Positions 11,054 to 21,946 are shown, numbered from the stretch's first letter. The stretch is DNA of 64,000 nt from Alphaproteobacteria bacterium (GCA_964291265.2 OZ219747.1:3168001-3232000); one strand, 5' to 3'. Numbers and translations: made by a program. Notes: generated by a model from the letters alone, not told the origin.

Positions 11054-11612
11054 CCGGGCGCCGCCAACAGCAAGGCGACGGTTGAAGACAGGGAAGGGAA
11101 CATTCCCGATGCCCGTCGCGCCCCTTCCTGGCATCATGGAGAAGGCGCCTTGTCAGGGAGGTGCTGTCAATCGAGATCAGGGCATCGACGCCATTGAAAC
11201 CGGGGCTTCCGGCCATGGACAATGTGATTCCCTGATATGCCGTTGATCACATTCATCTGTCGGCCACTGTCATGGACTCCCAGGATGAGGGTCTGCGCTC
11301 TCAGGGGGTGAGGGTGTCTGCGAAGTGGCGCTGAAGGCGAAGGGATTGCATCCGCAGGGCCGTGCCGCGTGATGCGGTCAAGCGTCGTTTCGGCCAGCCG
11401 GGTGTTGCCGCAGGCACGTGTCAGCCAGGCACTGTGTTCCATGCCGCCGGCCGGCACCGCCGGATTCAGCAGGCACGCCCGCCACGCGATCCGCGGGCGG
11501 TGGTGCCAGCAGAGACCGACGAGAGCCTTCCTCGACCGTTGATAGTCGATGCAGCACCATGGACAGGTCCGGTTCCCAGAGCGGTTCGTCGGTCCGTTTG
11601 CCGGCTCCTTGT

Positions 11613-12368
11613 TCAAGGCTGGGGAGCCCGGGCAGTGAGTCCGCCATCGCACACGAAGAGCTGACCGGTGGTGAAGGCGGCTTCGTCACTGGCGAGGAAC
11701 AGGGCAAGGGCGGCGATATCACGGGGTTGACCTATGCGTCCAACGGGCTGATTGGCGTCGAGCGAGCGGGCTGCTTCCTCGGGATCAGGCACGCTCGCGA
11801 GATACGCGTCCATCATGTCGGTGCGGATCCAGCCCGGGCATATGACGTTGCAGCGGATGCCGTCCGCGCCATGGTCGACGGCAATGGCGCGCGACAGTGC
11901 ATGAACGGCTCCCTTGGTGGCGCAGTAGGCGGCGAGACCCGGGTCCGCCACGAATCCGTCGTAACTGCCAACGTTGATGATGGCGCCGCCACCCTGGCGC
12001 GTCATGACGGGAATGGACTCCCGGCAGAACAGGAATACGCTGCCGACATTCACCCGCAAGATGGTGTTCCACTCGTCTTCGCTGGTTTCGGTGATGGTCT
12101 TCTCGATCTGCATGGCCGCGTTGTTGACGAGGACGTCGACCCCGCCGAGGCGGTCCCTTGCAGTCTTCACGACGTTTGAGACGTGCTCTGCGCAGGAGAC
12201 ATCGCCCGCGACCCAGATCACGGAATCACCGTTCCCGGTCGCTGGTGGTCGACGCGCCGTGGCGACGACCCGCGCCCCCTCCCGGACAAGGCTTTCCGCG
12301 ATCGCCCGGCCAATCCCTCTTGATGCGCCGGTGACTATGGCGCGCTTGCCTTCCACTCTGCCGCCCAT
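11613..12368 (-). CDS. SDR family oxidoreductase
   Basis: TGASRGIG, NNAA, YCATK; start moved to ATG 12368 (GGAGG upstream). Confidence 0.9.
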   Translation of the reverse strand: MGGRVEGKRAIVTGASRGIGRAIAESLVREGARVVATARRPPATGNGDSVIWVAGDVSCAEHVSNVVKTARDRLGGVDVLVNNAAMQIEKTITETSEDEWNTILRVNVGSVFLFCRESIPVMTRQGGGAIINVGSYDGFVADPGLAAYCATKGAVHALSRAIAVDHGADGIRCNVICPGWIRTDMMDAYLASVPDPEEAARSLDANQPVGRIGQPRDIAALALFLASDEAAFTTGQLFVCDGGLTARAPQP

Positions 12369-12573
12369 GCCGGCCTCCACTCGTCTGATATGTGGCAGGA
12401 TATCGCGCTTCCGCCACCGGATCACAAGGAAGACCGCCGGGGCATCCTGCGTCGTCTCGTGACGATTGGAGTTCAGGGCGTCAATGGTCCTCTCGGAGGT
12501 GATCCCCGATCGCGTCACCGCTGCAATCGGCCCTGGTTCCGACCCCTGACCCGTCAACCTGACAGCAACTGGA

Positions 12574-13194
12574 TCAGCCCTGGCCGATGAGTTCGATGGA
12601 GGCTCCCCGAGGTGTTCCGAGGCTGATGTCGTTCACGGTCGAAGGGCAGGCAGAACAGACGAGAACGAGAGCCGTCTCCGCGCGTAACTCGACGTAGTCG
12701 CCGGCCGCCGCAGAAGCCGGCTCGTCCATCAGTGAACCATCGGACTTGACAATGGCATGCTCGAACAGGTTCCAGGGGCAGGGAATTGGTCCGAGGCGAA
12801 CCCCGCGCTCCGCCATGACCTCCTTCAGGTTTTCCTCGCAGTTGGGACGGATCGCTGCCATGCCGAAGAACCGGTTGCTTTCTGCGCTGCATGCCGCATG
12901 GAGCGTATCGTGAATCCCCGGAGAGGTATCGGCCAGGATCGTCAGCATGGGCCGGAACCGGACGCTCACCAGCGTGTCACCGGGTCTGAACAGGATCCGG
13001 TATGTCGCGGACCTGCTGTGCTCCATTGAAAGAAACTCGAAGGGGTCCGCCGTGCAGGAGGCCCAGGTGTCGACGACCTGATGGCCCTCCGTGTTGACGA
13101 TTCGCACGATGTCACCTGCTTCGACAGTGACCCCGCGCGCTTCGCCCGGCGGAATTCGCTCCAGACGGTTCACGAAGCCTCCTCCATGCTGCAA
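12574..13194 (-). CDS. DUF1989 / urea-carboxylase-associated family protein
   Basis: IVNTEGHQVVDTW, HDTLHAACS, NCEENL, WNLF, GDYVELRAE, SACP; start uncertain. Confidence 0.85.
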   Translation of the reverse strand: MQHGGGFVNRLERIPPGEARGVTVEAGDIVRIVNTEGHQVVDTWASCTADPFEFLSMEHSRSATYRILFRPGDTLVSVRFRPMLTILADTSPGIHDTLHAACSAESNRFFGMAAIRPNCEENLKEVMAERGVRLGPIPCPWNLFEHAIVKSDGSLMDEPASAAAGDYVELRAETALVLVCSACPSTVNDISLGTPRGASIELIGQG

Positions 13195-14911
13195 GCAGAC
13201 GTGACATCCCGCAGATGTGACCGGCCGACACTCAATGCCTGACCGGTTGGAGATGTCCGACGAATGGCAAGCCCGCTTCTGCCACCAAGACCGTCCGAGT
13301 CGGTGAGTTGTGTGAAAGGCCCTGTGACAGGCGCTACTCTGGACCCGAGTTGCAGCACGCCGCCGATCACCGGGATCACACCCCGGTCGAGAGCGTCTCC
13401 TTCGGGGATACGTTCCCCGGCGCTTGCCACTTCGACTTGTCCCAAGACAGTCCTCTCCTCCTGTCAGGATAGAGTGGCGAGTTCCTCCGGGCCACCTCCG
13501 TTGCCAGAACCATTCTGTTGTCGCGATCGGCAGTGGACAACCGCGTCAGTGACCGTTCCTGAAGTGGGTGGCACCTTCTCGAGGTCGAAACCGGCATATC
13601 GACAACGAAATCCGGTCCCGAATGGACCTCCAGATCTGCCCGGAACGCCCCCTCGTCGGACGAAACCGGACAAGGGAAAAGTCCTGCCTCCGTTGCGTGG
13701 CGCATCCCCGAGTTGAGGGCGCATGCAAACAGTTCCATCCGGACATTCAGACAGGGGTGACGTGACACGGTTGCCCGGGCTGACAAAATCACCTGTTGTC
13801 GTCCGTTCCCATGACACATCACCCGTCGTGCCTGGACCGCTGCAGGCGGCCTCGGGGCGACTTGTCGGCGCGATGGCAAGGACACGCACACCTGCACCCG
13901 GTGGTTCGGCGCCTACCTGCTTACGATGGCAGGCGTTCACCTGTGCGGCGCTGTCATCAACTCTGCGGGTGGTGGCGCACGCCGAACGGTCGGCCATGTC
14001 AACGCCGCCCAGGCGCCACGACATGGCGATGCCGGAGCGTTCTGACTCGATGGTCACCTGCTGGTTGCCCTTCATCGGGGGGGTGGCTCTCGCATTGGGC
14101 CCTGGTACCGGGCGCCGGATGTCTTGCTGACGCGCCTGACGCCCGCCTGTATCGGCTTCCTTGTTCCCACCACTGTCGGTCATTTCGAGGAATGTGCGGA
14201 ATTTTCCAGGTTCGAGGGGTATCCGTTTCGTCCGGAGAGACTCTGACTGTCGTGTGCACTTGTGTGTTCGACAGCGCTCATGCACCGGATGTGGCATCAC
14301 TGTCGAGTCCGGTGCTGGAATGGCCGGTGTGCACCCGCTGGCCTGGGTCATCTGCGCTCATCGCCGTCCCCTCCACTGCAGCGCCCGATCCAATGCTACC
14401 TGCCGCGGTCTGCGTGGCGGGGTGGGGCATCGGCTGGGACAGGAGACCGTACTCCGGAGTTGACCTCGTCCGCGCGATCCGCTGCGGGGTCTCGAACTGA
14501 TCGTTTCCTCGCTGGAATGCACTTGTTGCACGACCCCGGTCCTCACGGCTGGATCTGTGTTTGCGGACTGCGTTGCACTGGTGGGGGATCACCGAAGGAT
14601 TCAGGAGGAGGTCATGCGGGCACGGTGGTTGGAGCCGCGGTGGAATGGGTCTATTCTCCGCGCTATCGCGAGTCGTGTTGGGGAGAAGGACGGGACATGT
14701 CTGGCCTTCACCGTATACCGCGTCATGAGCCCGATCGACGAGATCATGGTCCTTGACCTCCACGGACCCGGCCGACAGCGCCTGGCGCGTGGACTTCCCG
14801 ATCCCGAACCAACCGTCGAAGCCTTCGCCATCGAGGTCTTAACGCTTGGCGGACCCCCCGGGTCAGGCGCCGCGATTGCCGACACGGTGCTGTTCGGAGT
14901 AGGGTGCCGCC

Positions 14912-16017
14912 ATGTCGACCACCTTGTCTCTTCCGGCCCGCGAACGCCTGGCTCGGTACGGCACCCATGCCATGCTCGACATGACGCACAGTGACGGCAG
15001 CCTGCCGACCCGCAGCGAACGCGACGTGACCTTCGAGGGCCCCAACGGCACCCTCAACCTGATCACCTACAAGGCCTGTTTCGTCTGTACCTTTGCCAGC
15101 GGCCGCATCGCCTCGATCGATCCGGATCACTTGTCGGTAAAGGGCCGCCCGCAGCGTCAGACCGCGTCGGGCCGACTGGAGTACGAGAGTGTCTTTGCGC
15201 TGGGCGCCATGGCGGGAGTGGATGACATCGATGCCGTGACCTTTGCCGATTTCCTGTGCAACGAGCACGGAATGGACACGATTACCTTCGGCGGAGCCCT
15301 CGCGGCGGCCATGGAGCTCTTCGAGACAGGGGTCGTGACGATGCACGAGAGACAGGCGTCGATCTCTCGTTCGGGGCAGCCGAGGGACTCGTCGCCATGG
15401 TCGTGGCCTGCACTCGGGGAGAAGGAGTCGGGGCCGACATCGGGCTTGGAGCAGCAAGGTTGTGAGACAGGTACGCGAGATCGGAGTTCTCGATGAGCGT
15501 CAAGGGACGGGAGTTTCCCGGATACGTTCCGCGCGCCATGCAGGGCATGGCGCTCGCCTATGCCATGTCCAACCGGGGCGCCTGTCACCTGCGTGCCAGT
15601 CCCTTCGCCACGACCGAGCTTGATGGCAAGGCCGATTTCGTGCGTTCGACCCGGGACGAACGGGCTGCCATGTTGGACTCATCGGGATTGTGCGCCTTCA
15701 CGGCGGCCGCCGTCTCCATCGAGAAGACTGCGGCCATGCTGGAGGGCGCCCTGCCAACCTCGTCGACCGCCGAACGCCTTCACGAGACGGGTGAGAGAAT
15801 CTGGAGTCTCGAGAGACTCTTCAACATCGTTGCCGGTCTCGGGCGAAGCGACGACACGCTGCTGCATCGCATGTCGTACGTCCCGGCGCCGGGCGGAACG
15901 GCGAAGGGCATGGTGGCGAGGCCCGGCGGCATGCTGGACGATGACTCCGAGTTGAGCGGCCGGGACCAGGAGGGAGCGCCACGGGGCCAGGCCCTCCATC
16001 GCCTCGCACTGTCATGA
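14912..16017 (+). pseudogene. Aldehyde:ferredoxin oxidoreductase paralog, N-terminally truncated and frameshifted
   Basis: Fragments (LPTR..DVTFEG, ACFVC, LEYESVFALG; MSVKGREFPGY..SNRGACHL) align with 40602..42449; N-terminal domain absent, internal deletions, frameshift near 15340-15495. Confidence 0.85.
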
Positions 16018-16265
16018 GGGTGTCGGTCAAGAGCGCCGCCTGTGCGGGCGAAATCGTTCCCCACATCGGTGCTGACGGCAGGAGCGAGTGGGGCCTGGAG
16101 GATGACGCCACACTTGCCGGCGCCCTCGCCCGGCTCGGAGCCTTGCGGGAGCGACCGGCGCTGATACTGGTCAATGATCGAGTTGTCAGGGAGGCACAGC
16201 GGTCGGACCTCGGGCCCGCTGACGGCGATCGCCTGATCGTCATGCCTTCGATCGATGGAGGGTAG
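16014..16265 (+). CDS. MoaD/ThiS family sulfur carrier
   Basis: 83 aa, ILVND, ends PSIDGG; follows AOR pseudogene. Confidence 0.75.
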   Translation: MRVSVKSAACAGEIVPHIGADGRSEWGLEDDATLAGALARLGALRERPALILVNDRVVREAQRSDLGPADGDRLIVMPSIDGG

Positions 16266-16271
16266 GGGGCC

Positions 16272-17171
16272 ATGGACCAGGCGCGCCTGACCTGTTGTCT
16301 GACTTTTGATTTCGATGCCATGTCGGTGTGGATAGGCTCCTATCGGTCAAGCAATCCCGGCGAGATTTCCCGAGGCGAATTCGGTGCCGTTGCCATTCCC
16401 CGCATTCTCGACCTGCTTCGGCGTCGTTCGATCGTGGCGACCTTCTGCATACCCGGGCACACGGCTCTTGCCTGGCCCGACCTGGTGAAGGCCATCCATG
16501 ACAGCGGTCACGAAATCGCCCACCATGGCTGGGTTCACGAAAACCCGGCGGACTTTGACGAAGCGGGGGAGCGGCGCAACCTAGAACGAGGATTCGAGGC
16601 TCTCGACAAGGCCTGCGGCGTGCGGCCCGTGGGTTACCGGTCACCGGCCTGGGACTTCAGTGAACGTACGGCGGACCTCCTTGAGGAATTCGGCTTTCTC
16701 TATGATTCGAGCCTCATGGGAGACGACTACACGCCCTACTACATGCGGACCGGGGACAAGGCCCCGGCCACGGAACCCTACGAGTTCGGCACTCATCTCG
16801 ACATCGTCGAACTGCCGGTCTCCTGGGGACTCGATGACTTTCCCTATTTCGAATTCGACAGCACCGGCGGTGGTCTCAAGCCCGCCTCTCATGTCGAGGA
16901 GATCTGGCGCCAGGAATTCACATGGGCGCACACCCATGTGCCAGGCGGCATCTACAATCTCACCATGCATCCGCAGGTGATTGGACGCGGTCATCGGTTG
17001 ATGATGCTGGAGCGTCTGATCGACTTCTTCCGAGAACACGTTGACGTCGCGTTCGACACTCTGGCCGGGTACTCCGGCCGCTGGGCCAGGCGCAATCCAC
17101 TCGCGGACTGGGTCTCTGGCGGTTCCCTGCACGCTCGTGGACCTCTGCGAGACCGGCAGACCTCCATATGA
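16272..17171 (+). CDS. Polysaccharide deacetylase family (CE4, PuuE/PgdA-like) hydrolase
   Basis: LTFDFD, GHEIAHHGWVH, GYRSP, YDSS, TMHPQVIGR. Confidence 0.88.
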   Translation: MDQARLTCCLTFDFDAMSVWIGSYRSSNPGEISRGEFGAVAIPRILDLLRRRSIVATFCIPGHTALAWPDLVKAIHDSGHEIAHHGWVHENPADFDEAGERRNLERGFEALDKACGVRPVGYRSPAWDFSERTADLLEEFGFLYDSSLMGDDYTPYYMRTGDKAPATEPYEFGTHLDIVELPVSWGLDDFPYFEFDSTGGGLKPASHVEEIWRQEFTWAHTHVPGGIYNLTMHPQVIGRGHRLMMLERLIDFFREHVDVAFDTLAGYSGRWARRNPLADWVSGGSLHARGPLRDRQTSI

Positions 17172-17923
17172 GCGTCTGGGGCAAGATCATCGGCGGCACG
17201 GTCGGCTTCATCGCGCTGGGAGGTCCTCTTGGCGCCCTCATGGGTCTTGCCGCCGGACACCTTGTTGATCAGACCCTGAAGGGAAGGCGACCCGCGGTCA
17301 CACATCAGGGCCCGTCGACGGACGAACTTCAGGTTGCCTTCACCTTGGCCGTGATCGCCCTGGTCGCCAAGCTGGCCAAGGCAGATGGTCGCGTCACCCG
17401 GGACGAGATTCAGGCGCTCAAGCGCATTCTCCCCATTCCGGAATCGGCTTCGGGCGATGTCGGTCGCATTTTCAATGCCGCCAAGGAAAGCGCTGACGGC
17501 TACGAGTCCTATGCCCGCCAGATCGCGTCCCTGCTTGGCCACTCGCGGGCCGTCAGGGAAGATCTCCTCGGCGCTCTGCTGATGGTCGCCCACGTGGATG
17601 GCCACTATCACGCAGCCGAACGCGCCATCATCAACGATGTCGGACGCATATTCGGGTTCTCGTTTGCCGACATGAGGCGTCTCGAAGGCATGTTCGCGGC
17701 GACCAGCGAAACCACAGGCGACCCTTACGAAACTCTGGGTGTGTCGGCCGAGGCGAGCGATCGAGACGTGAAGGCGACCTACCGCAAGCTGCTTCGGGAA
17801 AATCACCCCGATCGCATCACCGCCCAGGGGTTGCCCGAGGAATTCATAGAGGTCGCCAACCGCAAGATGGCCGAAATCAATGCCGCCTGGGACCGTATCA
17901 AGAAGGAACGCGGACTGAACTGA
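17168..17923 (+). CDS. djlA: DjlA-like co-chaperone (TerB-like plus J domain)
   Basis: N-terminal WGKIIGG TM anchor, AKADGRV, C-terminal J domain with HPD. Confidence 0.88.
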   Translation: MSVWGKIIGGTVGFIALGGPLGALMGLAAGHLVDQTLKGRRPAVTHQGPSTDELQVAFTLAVIALVAKLAKADGRVTRDEIQALKRILPIPESASGDVGRIFNAAKESADGYESYARQIASLLGHSRAVREDLLGALLMVAHVDGHYHAAERAIINDVGRIFGFSFADMRRLEGMFAATSETTGDPYETLGVSAEASDRDVKATYRKLLRENHPDRITAQGLPEEFIEVANRKMAEINAAWDRIKKERGLN

Positions 17924-17998
17924 CGAGGCCTGTCGGCAGGGACGATGTGACGGCCCGGGTTGCATGGTGAAGGGCTGTCGGATATCAAGTCGCCGATG

Positions 17999-18073
17999 GG
18001 GCGCGTAGCTCAGCGGGAGAGCACTACGTTGACATCGTAGGGGTCGCTGGTTCAATCCCAGCCGCGCCCACCA
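17999..18073 (+). tRNA. tRNA-Val(GAC)
   Basis: GGGCGCG/CGCGCCC acceptor stem, anticodon arm CTACG-TTGACAT-CGTAG, GGTTCAATCC T-arm, encoded CCA. Confidence 0.97.
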
Positions 18074-18138
18074 TCCCATGTTGATTGATGCCCCCTGCTC
18101 CGGCACTATCGCCCCGGCAAAACCCGGAGAATCGGCAC

Positions 18139-19323
18139 GTGGCAGACAGGGGTGACCAGGCCTTCAGGGGCACACGCAATCTCCATCGCCTGGCGCGTAC
18201 ATCTCAGACCCGGCAGGAAGAGGAGATCCGGCGAGGGCTGGAACTCGGCCTCGAAGCGGCTAACTCCATCAACGACAGGACCATCTCGCTGTTCAGCCGC
18301 GGCCATCTTCCGGCCTTTGCCGGCATCAACACGTTCATGAAGGCGCCCTACTGCGAGGACATCCGTAGGATCGGCGACTACGAAGCGGCATTTGTCGGCA
18401 TCCCCTTCGACACCGGGACGACTTACCGTCCCGGAACCCGTTTCGGCCCTCAGGCGGTGCGGCGAATCTCGGCTGTGTATGACGGTTACAGCGTTGATGG
18501 CGGCATCGATCTTCCCGAGGAACTCGATCTTGCCGATGCCGGAGATGTCTTCGTCATTCCGGGCAACATCGAGAAGACCTTCGACCAGGTCTCGAAGGCG
18601 GTGTCGCACGTCTACACCTCGGGCGCCTTTCCCATCCTCGTGGGCGGAGATCACAGCCTCGGCTATCCCAACGTCCGTGGCATCGCGCCCCACATCGACG
18701 GCAATGTCGGCATCATTCACTTCGACCGGCATATCGACATGGCTGACATGGACATGGACGAACGCATGCACACGACACCCTGGTACTGGACATCGAACGA
18801 TCACGAGAGTGTCCATCGGGCGGAGTCCCACCATGCCCACACGCACATGCACGATGTCGGTCTCGCCAATTGTCCGCCGAAGAACCTGGTGCAGATCGGC
18901 ATTGGTGGCTGGTACGGCTCGAGGCGTGGTTCCGAGATTGCCCGCGAACGCGGCACCAGCGTGCTGACCATGACCGATGTCGAGGAACTCGGCACCAGGA
19001 AGACAGCGGAAGTCGCCCTCGAACTCGCCTGGAAGGACGCGAAGGCTGTCTATCTTTCGTTCGACATCGATTCCATCGATCCCGGCTTCGCACCCGGAAC
19101 CGGGACCCCCGAACCCGGCGGTTTCACGCCGCGCGAGGCACTCGAGATGGTACGCCTGATCGCCCGTGAAGGCTTGTGCGGCATGGAAGTCGTCGAAGTC
19201 TCGCCGCCTTACGACGTCAACGACAACACCTCCCAACTGGCCTGCCGGGTTATCCTCGACGCCATCGGCACCATGGTGGTGGAAGGCAGGCTCGGCCACC
19301 GCGACCGCGTCATGATGGACTGA
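18139..19323 (+). CDS. Ureohydrolase (agmatinase/arginase family), guanidinase GdmH-like clade
   Basis: GGDHS, FDRHID, SFDIDSID, EVSP; N-terminal GLEAANSINDRTISLFSRGHLPAFAGINTFMKAPY resembles guanidine hydrolase as recalled; start uncertain (GTG 18139). Confidence 0.85.
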   Translation: MADRGDQAFRGTRNLHRLARTSQTRQEEEIRRGLELGLEAANSINDRTISLFSRGHLPAFAGINTFMKAPYCEDIRRIGDYEAAFVGIPFDTGTTYRPGTRFGPQAVRRISAVYDGYSVDGGIDLPEELDLADAGDVFVIPGNIEKTFDQVSKAVSHVYTSGAFPILVGGDHSLGYPNVRGIAPHIDGNVGIIHFDRHIDMADMDMDERMHTTPWYWTSNDHESVHRAESHHAHTHMHDVGLANCPPKNLVQIGIGGWYGSRRGSEIARERGTSVLTMTDVEELGTRKTAEVALELAWKDAKAVYLSFDIDSIDPGFAPGTGTPEPGGFTPREALEMVRLIAREGLCGMEVVEVSPPYDVNDNTSQLACRVILDAIGTMVVEGRLGHRDRVMMD

Positions 19324-19460
19324 TTCCGGGGTCAGGACGTCTGAACCCAGCCCGGTGCCGATCGGTCGTCGCACCCTCATCCAAGACAACAGGTCAGGCA
19401 GTACGGGTGTAAGCGTTCGGCCGTGCGGTGTTTGGGTCTTGCTGACTATCGTCTGAGAAA

Positions 19461-21112
19461 GGGTGTAGTTCTCGTATGGCGAAGCCAAGTCAATGATTTA
19501 TCACGGTCGTACGGTCGCGATGGAGCGGCAAATACGGGGTTTCGTGACAATTGCCCGTTGGACGAAGGCCGGATTTTGTCACGGTGGCAGGGCTTGGCGG
19601 TGGATGCGGGAACGCTCCGCACCGCAAGATGCGATATGATGCTGGCTTGAAACCACAACATCAGGAGCGCTCCCATGTCAGTGTCACAGCTTCGGCCTTC
19701 CGCGTCCATCGATCTTCTCGGCTTGCCGCCTCGGGTTGTCGAAGCGGTCACGCAAGTGACCGCGGTGTGTCATCGACAGCTTGGTTCAGAGCGCTCTGCC
19801 GAGGCCTTCGAGGAAGCGGAGCGGCGGGTGCTTGAGAGCGTGCACGCGCTTGGCTGCGAGATCCTGGGTGCCTGTGCCGAGGCCCGGGACGACGGTGCGC
19901 CCCGGATCGAACGGGACGGGCAGAACTGGTTCCGTGTGGCGCCGACGCCGAAGACGATCATGACCTCGCTCGGCCCGGTGACCTTTCGGCGTGCGCGCTA
20001 TCGCACCGGCGGGCACTGCCGGTCGCTGATGCCGGTGGACGAAAGCCTGGGCCTCGTCGACGACTACCTGACACGGCCGGCGGCTCAGCTTGGGCTGATG
20101 ATGATGGTCCACTGCACGGCGCGGGAAGCGGAGGCGTTCTTCGGCAAGCTCGGCGCCATGACGCCGTCTGTGAGCACCTTGCAGCGCTTGAGCCTGACCA
20201 TGCAGGAGCGTTGGGAACGTCTCGGCCCGCAGGCCCTGGATGGTATCCGGGAAGCCGAGGACATCCCGCAGGACGCGGTCACCGCCTCGGTCTCGCTCGA
20301 CGGCGTCATGGTGGCGCTGCGGGCCGGCGAGGACGGCCGTAGCGAGGCCTGCTGGCGCGAGGCGGCCTGTGGCACAGTCTCCTTCCACGACGCCGACGGT
20401 GAGCGCCTGAAGACCGTCTATCTCGGCCGCATGCCCGAGCGCGGCAAGTGCACGCTGAAGGCGCAGCTGGCAAGCGAGGTCGCGCATATCAGGCGCAAGC
20501 GTCCCGAGATCAGGATCAGCGCCATCGCCGACGCCGCCGCCGACAACTGGACCTTCCTCTCTGGTCTTGAACCCGAAACCGAGGTGATCGACTTCTGGCA
20601 TGCCTGCGAGCATCTGCGCGTGGTGGCCGACCATGCAGCGGCGCCCCACTGGTTCGAGAAGTACCGCGAGATCCTGCGTCACGACCCCCGCGGCATCGAC
20701 AAGGTGATCCGGGCGCTGCGCCACCTTCGCGACACCGCCAAGCCGGCGGGCCGAGCCGACATCGACAGGGAACTGGCCTTCTTCCGCAAGCATCGCCACC
20801 GCATGCGCTACCACGCACTGAAGCAACAGGGGATCGCCATCGGCTCGGGACTTGTCGAGGCAGCCAACAAGACCCTCGTCACACAGCGCATGAAGCGCTC
20901 CGGCATGCGCTGGCGCATCGTCGGCGGACAAGCCGTTCTCACCTTCCGCGCCCTGCTCAAATCAGGCCGCTTCGAGAGCGCGTGGACCGCCATGATCGAG
21001 GGCGACGACGCACCAGCCAACGACAACATCAACCCACATCACACCCCGGCGCCGGCCGCATGAGATGAAACAGTGGAACTGATTTTCAAATAGACATATA
21101 AAACTCACACCC
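19461..21112 (+). mobile_element. ISKra4-family insertion sequence
   Basis: Imperfect IRs gggtgtagttctcgtatg (19461) and revcomp gggtgtgagttttatatg (ending 21112); no TSD seen. Confidence 0.7.
19675..21063 (+). CDS. ISKra4-family transposase
   Basis: SLDGVMV, ADAAADNW, IDFWHACEHL, IGSGLVEAANKTLVTQRMKRSGMRW. Confidence 0.88.
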   Translation: MSVSQLRPSASIDLLGLPPRVVEAVTQVTAVCHRQLGSERSAEAFEEAERRVLESVHALGCEILGACAEARDDGAPRIERDGQNWFRVAPTPKTIMTSLGPVTFRRARYRTGGHCRSLMPVDESLGLVDDYLTRPAAQLGLMMMVHCTAREAEAFFGKLGAMTPSVSTLQRLSLTMQERWERLGPQALDGIREAEDIPQDAVTASVSLDGVMVALRAGEDGRSEACWREAACGTVSFHDADGERLKTVYLGRMPERGKCTLKAQLASEVAHIRRKRPEIRISAIADAAADNWTFLSGLEPETEVIDFWHACEHLRVVADHAAAPHWFEKYREILRHDPRGIDKVIRALRHLRDTAKPAGRADIDRELAFFRKHRHRMRYHALKQQGIAIGSGLVEAANKTLVTQRMKRSGMRWRIVGGQAVLTFRALLKSGRFESAWTAMIEGDDAPANDNINPHHTPAPAA

Positions 21113-21160
21113 TCCGTCATCAGAGGGGGTGAGTAGATACCACCGGGCAGTGATATCTCC

Positions 21161-21946
21161 ATGCCTTCCAAGGCGGACGAAATCCGGGCCTACGCCCTAG
21201 AGCGATACGTGCGGCCTTGGCGGGGCTCCGACGAAAACCGCCTCGTTATTCGTGCGGGCGACATCGTCAAAGGTATGCGGTTGCACAACGCCACGCCGAA
21301 CGTATGCAGTTCCCTTGCGAGCCGTAAGTTCCAGCACGATGCCGGTATCGTCCTCGTTCGTCGTGAGGGTCCGCATCAAAGCACGACCACAACGTTTCAC
21401 TATGAGCCCGTCCGATCGACCCTTGATCCTCCAACGCGCCCCGGAAATACTCCACCTCCCGCCCGAATCGTCGGCAATCGCGTAGCCACCGTCTGGGTCT
21501 CCGTCCCCGACGACTGCTGGCGGAGTGCCGATCTGTGTCTGGTTTCCTGTGTCAGCGTGAAGCAATCCGCCGCGGCACCGGCCAGGGACCTGTACGTTTC
21601 TCCCTGGTTTCAGAAAGCTCGCGCTTGCGTCGAAGCACTTGGTTGCCCGTGGTACATCCTGTCCGTGAAGCATGGGCTCCTTGATCCGGGATCGACGATC
21701 GAACCTTATGACGAGACGCTGAAGGCCATGCCGGTGTACCGGCGACGTACCTGGGCACGCGGTGTGATTGGGGACCTCGCTCCGCGCTTGGCGAGTGTCG
21801 ACACCGTGACCCTCTTCGCGGGAACGGCATATCGCGAGTTCCTTGAACCGGAATTGCGTGGTCAGGGGCTCAAGCTCTATGTACCGATGCAGGGAATGCG
21901 CATCGGCCAGCAGCTCTCATGGCTGTCCGGCCAGGACCGTTCGTGA
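21161..21946 (+). CDS. Two-domain protein: small N-terminal putative DNA-binding domain plus DUF6884-like domain
   Basis: N-term ADEIRAYALERYV..IRAGDI..PNVCSSL; Pro-rich linker; C-term LVSCVSVK..ARDLYVSPWF..ILSVKHGLL..IEPYDETL..PMQGMRIGQQLSWL. Confidence 0.7.
   Translation: MPSKADEIRAYALERYVRPWRGSDENRLVIRAGDIVKGMRLHNATPNVCSSLASRKFQHDAGIVLVRREGPHQSTTTTFHYEPVRSTLDPPTRPGNTPPPARIVGNRVATVWVSVPDDCWRSADLCLVSCVSVKQSAAAPARDLYVSPWFQKARACVEALGCPWYILSVKHGLLDPGSTIEPYDETLKAMPVYRRRTWARGVIGDLAPRLASVDTVTLFAGTAYREFLEPELRGQGLKLYVPMQGMRIGQQLSWLSGQDRS

Noticed and set aside
11360-11470. IstB-like remnant (minus strand AW..CGNTRLAETTLDRITRH)
   Set aside because: Similarity is too short to support without a search.
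18074-18138. Guanidine riboswitch upstream of the GdmH-like gene
   Set aside because: Only about 65 nt follow the tRNA and no riboswitch motif was recognised; an Rfam scan would be decisive.
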